A stretch of 64,000 nucleotides of DNA from an uncultured virus (IMG/VR IMGVR_UViG_3300010885_087985) (Duplodnaviria > Heunggongvirae > Uroviricota > Caudoviricetes). Shown one piece after another: positions 49,363-56,842 of this stretch. A model generated the notes under the pieces. That model did not search any database. It had not been told where the DNA came from and was given only the letters and a program-made list of their open reading frames with translations. The stretch lies in IMG/VR virus record IMGVR_UViG_3300010885_087985; one strand, given 5' to 3'. A program made the translations under genes and the position numbers. Within the stretch, counting starts at the first letter, position 1. Each line of letters begins with the position of its first letter.

Positions 49363-49653
49363 ATGCAGATGAAAAACATTATATTATTATTGATATTTGT
49401 ATGTTTAATTTTAATGTTGTATTCTAAAAAACAACAAGATCCTATCACAAACAAATCAGATAACCATTCTGCCTATATCAATAAATCAGATCAATTAAAT
49501 CGGTATAATAATTCTAGTTATATTCCACAATCGTTTAGCCTGAGTGCAGGCATCGGTTGCTTTTCAGGTTTTTGTGACGGTAGTGTACACTGCGTTAAAG
49601 ATAAGAATGACACTCAGGTTATATTATGGAACGACGATAGCGATAGTAATTAA
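49363..49653 (+). CDS. small exported protein
   Basis: N-terminal hydrophobic segment; FCDGSVH motif. Confidence 0.5.
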   Translation: MQMKNIILLLIFVCLILMLYSKKQQDPITNKSDNHSAYINKSDQLNRYNNSSYIPQSFSLSAGIGCFSGFCDGSVHCVKDKNDTQVILWNDDSDSN

Positions 49654-49688
49654 TATCTAAATATTTCCAGATCATTCAATTCATCTAT

Positions 49689-50327
49689 ATGGAAAATCAA
49701 ATAAAAAAAATATTTTACTTTTTTAACAAAACATTTTTTAAAAGTAAATTAAAGTTCGTAAATATTCAAATTGATTTTAAAAGAAAATTTTGTTTTAATT
49801 TTGACAAAAATAAAAACATATTGTTTATGGGAAGATGCGTGTTTGATGAAAGTTCTTTTTTAACATGTTTGCTTCATGAAATGATACACATTTTTCATTT
49901 GCAAAAAGGCAAAAATGATGTGGGACCAAATTCGTACCATAAAAAAGTTTTTATGGAAGAATGCGTCGAAAAAGGAATTTTTGTCGTAAAGCATAAAAGC
50001 AGAGGATGGTCTATTTTGATGCTTGATTTTCCAAGAAACGTTGTAGATGCACGTTTTTTAGCACAACCAAGTGATCTTTGTATACAAAAAAGAATAAATG
50101 CCTTTGTTTTTTTGAAAAAAACTTTTAATTGGGAAGCTTTTTATGATTCTACAAAAAAATCATTAAAAACTTTAGAAAAAACAAAATCTTATAATTATAA
50201 ATACACATGTGGATGTCTTCCTCCACAAAACAGCATCAGAAGCGGAAGGAATCCAAATGGATTCAACCCATTAAAAGCTTCATGTGAAGAATGCAAGATG
50301 AGTTTTATCGGTGAGCTTGAGCGATAG
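49689..50327 (+). CDS. SprT-like HExxH protein with Zn ribbon
   Basis: LLHEMIH, H...F, Y.CGC...C..C. Confidence 0.7.
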   Translation: MENQIKKIFYFFNKTFFKSKLKFVNIQIDFKRKFCFNFDKNKNILFMGRCVFDESSFLTCLLHEMIHIFHLQKGKNDVGPNSYHKKVFMEECVEKGIFVVKHKSRGWSILMLDFPRNVVDARFLAQPSDLCIQKRINAFVFLKKTFNWEAFYDSTKKSLKTLEKTKSYNYKYTCGCLPPQNSIRSGRNPNGFNPLKASCEECKMSFIGELER

Positions 50328-50378
50328 AATCATGTTAAAATTGTAGGGTTTGATTTCCCGACCGAGAATATCTAAAAA

Positions 50379-50942
50379 ATGAATACGATTGAATGGGTTA
50401 AAGCATACGTAGAAGCACAGAACCGTGCCTTAGAGTCTGTTCCAGCGGTTGTTATAGCTAATGCAATCGATATTATTCGACAGGCTGGAATAGAAGGAAA
50501 ACGTATTTTTATCTGCGGAAATGGCGGGAGTGCAGCAAACGCTTCGCATTTCAGCACAGACCTTGGCAAAACAGCCTCTGCTGCGGTTCTGCATCCGTTT
50601 AAAGTGCTGTCTTTGACCGATAACGTGGCGTGGATGACTGCCATCGGTAACGACTTCTCATTTGACGATGTATTCGTTCGGCAACTTGTCAATCATGCAG
50701 AACCGGAAGACATACTCATTTTATCAAGTGTTAGCGGTAGTTCTCCAAATCTGGTCGCAGCCATCCGATGGGCTACAGAGCACAATCTTGTGACCGTTGC
50801 CCTTGTTGGCAACTGTCGTGGCACTATTGCGGAATACGCTAACCACCTCATTGTGATTGATGAGAGCCACTACGGAAGAGTCGAAGACGTTGAGATGAAT
50901 ATCCTACATATGCTGTGCTATGGGATCGTGGAGATACGCTAA
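50379..50942 (+). CDS. gmhA: phosphoheptose isomerase (SIS domain)
   Basis: CGNGGSAANASH, TAIGND, S.SG.SPN, VED....LH. Confidence 0.88.
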   Translation: MNTIEWVKAYVEAQNRALESVPAVVIANAIDIIRQAGIEGKRIFICGNGGSAANASHFSTDLGKTASAAVLHPFKVLSLTDNVAWMTAIGNDFSFDDVFVRQLVNHAEPEDILILSSVSGSSPNLVAAIRWATEHNLVTVALVGNCRGTIAEYANHLIVIDESHYGRVEDVEMNILHMLCYGIVEIR

Positions 50943-51108
50943 ATTCTCTGACTTTCCTAACTTGCCCAAGTTATCCCTCTTTAGAGCTATTTCTTCATTC
51001 CATTAGGGTTGTGTGTGGGGGTGGACAAAATATTTGTGGGGGTTGACAAATAATTTTGATTTTGGTATATTATGCCCTAAACAATAAGAGCAATATAGAT
51101 AGAAAAGA

Positions 51109-51741
51109 ATGAATATAATATTTCCGCCAAGACCTAAAGGTAAAATGTTGCCTTCTGACTTGTATCTTTATGAAGACGGAAACTGGTTGGCACAAAGAAA
51201 ATTCAATGGAAGTAGAGTGGTTGTCCATATATCTTCTGAAAGAGAGATCACAGTTGGAAACAGGCATGGAACTACTTTTTCAAAATTTGAACTTTCTGCT
51301 AAAGAAAAAGAAGATTTAATTTCTTGTCTAAATCTTGATGCTGAAAAAGAATACTGGCTAGATGGGGAACTTATGAACAAGGATGTTAATTCTACAAAAG
51401 AAATAATTTTTTTTGATGTTTTGCAAGCAGGGAAATATCTTTTCTTTCAACCAAAGCAACTTGAAAGAATTGAGATGCTAAAACAAATATGCGATAATCC
51501 AGTCAAGTTAAATTCTTCTGGAATTGCTTTGGAAATGTCTTCAAAATTCAGCATGGCAGAGACTTTTTACGATAATTTTAAACTCCGGTATGAGGAGTCC
51601 TTAGAAAATAAACAGATTGAGGGTTTGGTTTTAAGGAAAAAAAATTCTGGACTAGACAGTCTTGGCGATAAAGAGTATGAAACGAACAATATGATCCGAT
51701 GTAGAAAACCATTTTCAAAAACGAAAGGATACGAGTTCTAG
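51109..51741 (+). CDS. ATP-dependent ligase adenylation-domain protein (no OB domain)
   Basis: QRKFNGSR, LDGEL, FDVL, R...L, EGLVLRK. Confidence 0.75.
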   Translation: MNIIFPPRPKGKMLPSDLYLYEDGNWLAQRKFNGSRVVVHISSEREITVGNRHGTTFSKFELSAKEKEDLISCLNLDAEKEYWLDGELMNKDVNSTKEIIFFDVLQAGKYLFFQPKQLERIEMLKQICDNPVKLNSSGIALEMSSKFSMAETFYDNFKLRYEESLENKQIEGLVLRKKNSGLDSLGDKEYETNNMIRCRKPFSKTKGYEF

Positions 51742-51791
51742 TCTTTAATTAAAGCGTTATTTTAATTTTTTGTCAAAAGGGAGTTTTTCAA

Positions 51792-53249
51792 ATGAAGACC
51801 AATAATAGACTTGCGTTCATCGATGGCATTCAACACCTGCATGGGTATCTCCATAAGGTTCCTTTTAGTGCGATAATCACCACAGATAGCGTAGATGGCA
51901 ACGCCAGTGGATACGTTTTTTCAAATCCAAGATTATTAACAAAAAATGGATTCGAAACTTTAGCTGATAAAAAAATCTGCTCTGAATTAAGGGAAAGCAT
52001 AAAAGCTCATACGCTTTTAACCCCTTTAATTTGCCGATGGGTTGAAAGGAATGGGGAAAAACACCCTCAACTAGTTGGAGGAGATCGAAGGTATAGAGCT
52101 TTACACTACTTAATTTCTAAAAAAGAAAATGTATTAGAACCATGCTCTAACGGGGATGCTAGTGAAAACAGAATGGTTTCAGCACATATAGCATACGAAT
52201 TCATACCGTGCCAGATTTTTGACTGTTCCAGTGACCTAGAAGCTGCTGTGCTGTCTTGGGCGGAAAACAAAAATCGAATCGATCTCACCGAAGGGCATGA
52301 GATTTCCGCTGTCGCAGAGCTAAGAAGATTTGATGTAGACGACGAACAGATTCTAAAAACGCTTCAAAAAGATTCAAAGTGGCTTAAGGAAACAGATGAT
52401 CTCATATCTTGTTTGGATGAAGAAACTTTAAATCTTGTTTGTGAAAATAGGATCAAACGCCATGCAGCTATAAAAATTTCACAAATAGAATCTGAAGAGA
52501 CTAGGAATGAGGTTATAAAGTCTGCACTCTGCAAAGCAGATGATTTATTTGAAAAGAAAAGTGAAAAAATGGAAAAGCAATTGCATGCTATTGTAAAAAA
52601 GAAGGATCGGGCAAAAACAATTAAAGCAATTGCCGAGATACAAGGTGATGAAAAGTCTGTAAAAAAGGCAAAAAAAGTTTTATCAAGATCGGAAGAGAGA
52701 GAAAAAGCTATTCTAAAAAACAAGGCAAAAGCCCCAGTTGCTTCTTTAAGGATAGTTGAAGAAGCAATGTCGGAGTCTGGTGCTTATGTTTCGAAGAAAA
52801 TGGGAAGCCCTAAAACAATTAAAAAGGTTTTAAGGTGTATTCAGAGTATTATTGAAGCCGATGGTGAGATAGAGTTTGAAAATGAAGTTTTTACTATAGA
52901 GGTAACTATGCTTGAGCTTATGAAAATGATCTTAGAAAATCATGCTATCGAAAACTCTGAAGATTTTTCAACAACGCTAATAGATTGGCGGGAAAAGATG
53001 GCATTTGCTTCAAAGGACGAGGATGAGGACGAGGACGAGGATGAGGATGAGGATGGTGATGGTGATGAGGATGGTGATGAGGATGAGGATGGTGATGAGG
53101 ACGAGGATGGTGATGAGGATGAGGGCGAAGATGAAGCCGAATCCGAAACCGAGGATGAGGATGAGGATGGCGACGAGGATGAGGATGAGGATGAGGATGA
53201 GGATGGCGACGAGGATGAGGATGAGGATGAGGAAGACGACGACGAATAA
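51792..53249 (+). CDS. ParB/Srx-like protein with long acidic tail
   Basis: NPR, LRESI....LL.P, LVGGDRRYRA, AEN..R.DL; D/E tail of about 80 aa. Confidence 0.75.
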   Translation: MKTNNRLAFIDGIQHLHGYLHKVPFSAIITTDSVDGNASGYVFSNPRLLTKNGFETLADKKICSELRESIKAHTLLTPLICRWVERNGEKHPQLVGGDRRYRALHYLISKKENVLEPCSNGDASENRMVSAHIAYEFIPCQIFDCSSDLEAAVLSWAENKNRIDLTEGHEISAVAELRRFDVDDEQILKTLQKDSKWLKETDDLISCLDEETLNLVCENRIKRHAAIKISQIESEETRNEVIKSALCKADDLFEKKSEKMEKQLHAIVKKKDRAKTIKAIAEIQGDEKSVKKAKKVLSRSEEREKAILKNKAKAPVASLRIVEEAMSESGAYVSKKMGSPKTIKKVLRCIQSIIEADGEIEFENEVFTIEVTMLELMKMILENHAIENSEDFSTTLIDWREKMAFASKDEDEDEDEDEDEDGDGDEDGDEDEDGDEDEDGDEDEGEDEAESETEDEDEDGDEDEDEDEDEDGDEDEDEDEEDDDE

Positions 53250-53269
53250 GAGTAATAATAATATAAACG

Positions 53270-53306
53270 AGCCGCACTGGGTGCTCTATCCCAGTGCGGC
53301 TTTTTT
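53270..53306 (+). terminator. intrinsic terminator
   Basis: AGCCGCACTGGG/CCCAGTGCGGCT plus T-run. Confidence 0.85.
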
Positions 53307-53317
53307 GATGGTTAATC

Positions 53318-53599
53318 ATGAACGTGTGTCCAGGATGTGGTAAGAAGCTCACAACAACACTGCTAGACGGTATTTCTAGGTGTAATTTTTGTGGGCTTGT
53401 TTTTGATTCTAATGTTTTCAATCAATTATTGTCTGCTGCTTGGCAAATAAGAAAAAATAATTTAAACGAAAAACAAATAAAAGAAAAAACAAATTTATCA
53501 TCTAATTTGTTACGGTTTGTTTTCTATTTTGTTTCTGTTTTAGGTTATTCGCATGATGAATTTAAGCTTTTGCTAGATGAGCTTAAACCCCGCAGATGA
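53318..53599 (+). CDS. Zn-ribbon protein
   Basis: CPGCG...CNFCG. Confidence 0.65.
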   Translation: MNVCPGCGKKLTTTLLDGISRCNFCGLVFDSNVFNQLLSAAWQIRKNNLNEKQIKEKTNLSSNLLRFVFYFVSVLGYSHDEFKLLLDELKPRR

Positions 53600-53722
53600 A
53601 TTACATGTTTAATCAACGATTTAATATTATTAAATAATTTAGATCTCTATTGCATGCTTATTTTATTTATGTTATGATTATTATTAGTGTTTAGGCTTTT
53701 ACTTTTAAAAAGGATTGTGAAT

Positions 53723-53932
53723 ATGTCAAGAATAAAAAAAGAAACGCAAGAAAAGGTTTGTGCAATTATGGAAAGAGCCAATAGCATTTGGCTGGATGTA
53801 TCTCCTAAGCTTAGCCAGATACATAAAGAGTTTTCTGATATTGGCGGAGGGGCCACAACTAGAAGCAAAAAGTTGGAAAGACTAATAAAGTACTTTTCTA
53901 ACTTTGTTGACAATTCTGAAACTCAAGTTTAG
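53723..53932 (+). CDS. small hypothetical protein
   Basis: AAGGA RBS. Confidence 0.5.
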   Translation: MSRIKKETQEKVCAIMERANSIWLDVSPKLSQIHKEFSDIGGGATTRSKKLERLIKYFSNFVDNSETQV

Positions 53933-53957
53933 TAGAGTAAACATTTAAAAACACTCG

Positions 53958-53997
53958 GCGGTCAGGAATATAAATTTTCCTGACCGCTATTTTTTTT
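53958..53997. terminator. terminator between convergent genes
   Basis: GCGGTCAGGAA/TTCCTGACCGC plus T-run. Confidence 0.75.
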
Positions 53998-54398
53998 CAT
54001 GATATATATGAAACTATTTCTACCTGATTGCCACTCGGCATCCAGTGCCAATTGAAAACTAAAACATTATCCACATGTACGAAAACACCATCTTGGTACG
54101 CTTTTTCATCTGCAAAACGAGATAGCGAAAAATTTTGATGACCGTCTTCTTTGCTATCGCTTATGTCAAAACTAGGATTGTCTACAATATAACCATATTC
54201 GTGTAATAAGCCTTGTATGTGAGTTAAAGCCTCACCAGGCTTCAGCCAATAGCTTTTGATGCTCCCAATCTTGTTTCTTACCTTGTCGCTCGGCTTAATT
54301 TTTTCTACTGATTCTGAAATGTCACAATACTCATCAAAACTTAGTAATCCCGATAAATATAAACCATATTCTTTTCCCATATTTCTCTCCTTGTGCAT
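53997..54398 (-). CDS. hypothetical protein
   Basis: GATATATAAA upstream; internal AGGAG-preceded Met. Confidence 0.65.
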   Translation of the reverse strand: MHKERNMGKEYGLYLSGLLSFDEYCDISESVEKIKPSDKVRNKIGSIKSYWLKPGEALTHIQGLLHEYGYIVDNPSFDISDSKEDGHQNFSLSRFADEKAYQDGVFVHVDNVLVFNWHWMPSGNQVEIVSYIS

Positions 54399-54417
54399 AC
54401 CTAATTATTTATATATC

Positions 54418-54730
54418 CTCGCGGCGAGAAAACCCCTACTTTTTCTTAAGGAAAAAGTTTGGTTGCAAAGCGAGTGAGCGATAGCGGACGAGACTGTGAC
54501 CAAACCTCTTTAGGGTAGGGGATGAATCGCCGTTATTTGTGAAAAAATTTGAAATTTTACACTATATTAGATTTGGATGAAGCACGATAAACAAGTGTTT
54601 AGTCCAAAACTAAAAAACAAAACGGTCGGAACGACCGGGTTAGCCTGCTGTCCTGACATTAGACTTTCCTTAATTGAAAAGCAGTTGGTTGGGTAGGAAA
54701 CCCACTCGTCTTTAGCGGGTGGGTAGTTCA
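54418..54730 (+). mobile_element. non-autonomous IS200/IS605-family remnant (internally deleted tnpB); left boundary approximate
   Basis: Left structured end CGGCGA..CCCCTAC..GTAGGGG..TCGCCG; short ORF ending TVGTTGLA..; right end GAAACCCACTCGTCTTTAGCGGGTGGGTAGTTCA. Confidence 0.7.
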
Positions 54731-54776
54731 TATATATTAGACGAATGCAATTAAATCGTCTTGAAAAATAGCTTTA

Positions 54777-55367
54777 TTGACAGGAAACAGTAAGTTGGAA
54801 CATATTTATCAACAAGATAGTTTTGGAGAAAATTGGTTTACATATCCAAATCTATATTCAAAAATGGTTCATGAGCATCCTAGTGGATCTCATTTCGTTG
54901 AAGTCGGTTCGTGGAAGGGGAAATCTTCGGCTTATATGGGTGTTATAATCGCAAACAGCAATAAAGGAATTAAATTTGATTGCATAGACACCTGGCTCGG
55001 AAGTACGGAGCATATAGAAACCATGAAGAATCTTGGCAATGATTTGTTGTATAGTACTTTTATAAACAACATGAAACCATTAGAAGACTACTATAGTGCC
55101 GTTAGAATGTCATCTGTGGACGCTAGCAAAACATATAAAAATGAATCTTTGGACTTTGTATTTATTGATGCCGCTCATGAATGCGAAAGGGTTAAAGAAG
55201 ATATTGAAGCATGGTTCCCTAAAGTTAAAATAGGAGGATATTTAGCTGGACATGATTATGATTTTTATGCTCCTGATGTAGAAAAAGCAGTGAACGAATC
55301 CCCTCTTGTTCAACCTTTTACAGTGTCAGAATCGTGTTGGATACATCTAAAAATTAGAAAGTCGTAG
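54777..55367 (+). CDS. class I SAM-dependent methyltransferase (Methyltransf_24-like)
   Basis: VEVGSWKGKS, DTW.G, FIDAAH, GG..AGHDY. Confidence 0.85.
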   Translation: MTGNSKLEHIYQQDSFGENWFTYPNLYSKMVHEHPSGSHFVEVGSWKGKSSAYMGVIIANSNKGIKFDCIDTWLGSTEHIETMKNLGNDLLYSTFINNMKPLEDYYSAVRMSSVDASKTYKNESLDFVFIDAAHECERVKEDIEAWFPKVKIGGYLAGHDYDFYAPDVEKAVNESPLVQPFTVSESCWIHLKIRKS

Positions 55368-55488
55368 AATAGAGTTTTTGTGTTTGATTTTTAAATAAAT
55401 TCTGGTAGAATCAGAATACCGCGAAGTGGCGAAACGCAAGGGAATTGCTCGTAATATCTTTTAATTGTCTTGTATTCGCTGCTATTGT

Positions 55489-55510
55489 GCCCCTATGGTG
55501 AAATTGGCAA
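55489..55510 (+). pseudogene. orphan 5' fragment of tRNA-Leu (acceptor 5' strand plus D arm start)
   Basis: GCCCCTA-TGGTGAAATTGGCAA; GCCCCTA pairs with TAGGGGT at 56578-56584. Confidence 0.75.
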
Positions 55511-55533
55511 TGATGTGTAGCTTGGAAGTAAAT

Positions 55534-55608
55534 GGCCCGGTAGCCCAATTGGCAGCAGGCACGACACTTAAAATGTCGCAAGTATCGGTTCGAATCCGAT
55601 CCGGGCTA
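55534..55608 (+). tRNA. trnL: tRNA-Leu(UAA), intronless, short variable loop, CCA not encoded
   Basis: Acceptor GGCCCGG/CCGGGCT, anticodon arm CGACA-CTTAAAA-TGTCG, T arm ATCGG-TTCGAAT-CCGAT, discriminator A. Confidence 0.9.
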
Positions 55609-55686
55609 CTTAAAAAGCAGACATGATATTCTTTATTTTTGGTGTATACCTATTAGGTCACTACTCCCTTCAATAAAGGATTAAAA

Positions 55687-56157
55687 ATGAAAATATGTTT
55701 GAATTGCAATCAGTCATTCCCTGCTTATGCTATAGTAAATGGTAAACAAAAACAATTAACTTCAAGAACGTATTGTTTAAAATGTTCACCATTTGGTAAT
55801 AGAAACACAAAAAGATTACATATGCCACCAAGAGATAAAAATAGCAAAAAAGAATGCACAGAATGTGGCAAAGAGTTCAACTGGACAAAAAATAGTGTTT
55901 GTTCTACTTGTAGAAATTGGAAAAGTAGAAAGAATAATAGAAACAAAGCAATAAAATATTGTGGAGCAAAATGCTCTAAATGTGGTGTTAAAGATAATGA
56001 AGTATTAACTTTTCATCACAAAAACGAAAAGACAAAAAAATTTAATTTGTGTCAAAATTGGAATTGTGCATGGTCAATGATCTTATCAGAAATAAAAAAA
56101 TGCGAACTACTTTGTGCTAATTGTCACATGAAACATCACAGAAAAGAAATGCTATGA
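55687..56157 (+). CDS. HNH endonuclease with Zn ribbons
   Basis: Several CxxC; C..CG....L.FHH.....K.F...EI.KC.LLCANCH. Confidence 0.85.
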   Translation: MKICLNCNQSFPAYAIVNGKQKQLTSRTYCLKCSPFGNRNTKRLHMPPRDKNSKKECTECGKEFNWTKNSVCSTCRNWKSRKNNRNKAIKYCGAKCSKCGVKDNEVLTFHHKNEKTKKFNLCQNWNCAWSMILSEIKKCELLCANCHMKHHRKEML

Positions 56158-56372
56158 TTTTTGATCACTGGAGAATGAAATTGAAGGATATAGCGTTAGA
56201 AACGAAAAAGCAATAAGCGACATAATAAACTGTGTTGCAAAAGGCAAAAAAGACGATATAATCAAGGGGATTGATGCCAGCTTATGCTATGGGGCATGAA
56301 CAAGGTTATGATGTTGGATATTATGACGCTAATGAGACTTATTTATTTGAGTGTTTAAGGAGAAATCTTTAA
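56154..56372 (+). pseudogene. frameshifted remnant of a small phage gene
   Basis: Protein-like pieces in successive frames: MIFDHW / ENEIEGYSVRNEKAISDII / AYAMGHEQGYDVGYYDANE. Confidence 0.45.
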
Positions 56373-56536
56373 AATAGAACCTGTCAAATTCGGTGAAGGC
56401 TTAACTGCTAATACCGAGCCAAGCATAGAAATATGAAGGTGTAGAGACTTGACGGCAGGAACCTAAAACATAAAGTTATGGTTAAGGTAAAGTCCAGACC
56501 ACAAACAGAAATGGTAGTGAAAACTATAGTGGTAAG
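56341..56536 (+). ncRNA. group I intron (IC3-like, tRNA-Leu UAA type)
   Basis: P1 ACTT|..GAGT; AAATTCGGTGAA, AATACCGAGCCAAG, GTGTAGAGACTTGACGG, AAGGTAAAGTCCA; P3 CTGTC/GACGG; terminal G before AAAATCCGT. Confidence 0.88.
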
Positions 56537-56585
56537 AAAATCCGTTGCCTGCAAGGGCTTGTCGGTTCAAGTCCGACTAGGGGTA
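56537..56585 (+). pseudogene. 3' exon of tRNA-Leu(UAA)
   Basis: AAAA-TCCGT, long variable arm GCCT-GCAA-GGGC, T arm GTCGG-TTCAAGT-CCGAC, acceptor TAGGGGT-A. Confidence 0.88.
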
Positions 56586-56614
56586 TTTTTTCTTGCCAAT
56601 GTATTGGTATAATT

Positions 56615-56833
56615 ATGGAAAAACTAAAATTTTTAGCAGAAGAAATTTTTGAAGACATTGCTGGAGATCCGGATAACGTCATTCTGAAAATTCCTTCACA
56701 AATACTAGAACGTAATGGATGGAAAGAAGGAGATGAGCTAAACATTGAAGTTGAGGATGGCTCCATTGTAATTTCAAAAGCAACTGGAGTGGTTGAAGAG
56801 TTGCCTGTTCAAATTCCGCCTTCGGTAACTTAA
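56615..56833 (+). CDS. AbrB/MazE-like small protein
   Basis: LKIP..IL...GWKEGD.L.IEV.DG.I.I. Confidence 0.75.
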   Translation: MEKLKFLAEEIFEDIAGDPDNVILKIPSQILERNGWKEGDELNIEVEDGSIVISKATGVVEELPVQIPPSVT

Positions 56834-56842
56834 AAAAATATT

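Noticed and set aside
51014..51050. Short direct repeat GTGGGGGT(G/T)GACAAA
   Set aside because: Two copies only; looks like a local duplication of the -35 region.
52945..53421. His-Pro and Met-Arg repeat ORFs
   Set aside because: Shadows of the GAT/GAG acidic tail of the ParB-like gene.
55687..56157. HNH as an intron-encoded ORF
   Set aside because: It lies upstream of the P1/5' splice site at 56340/56341, outside the intron.
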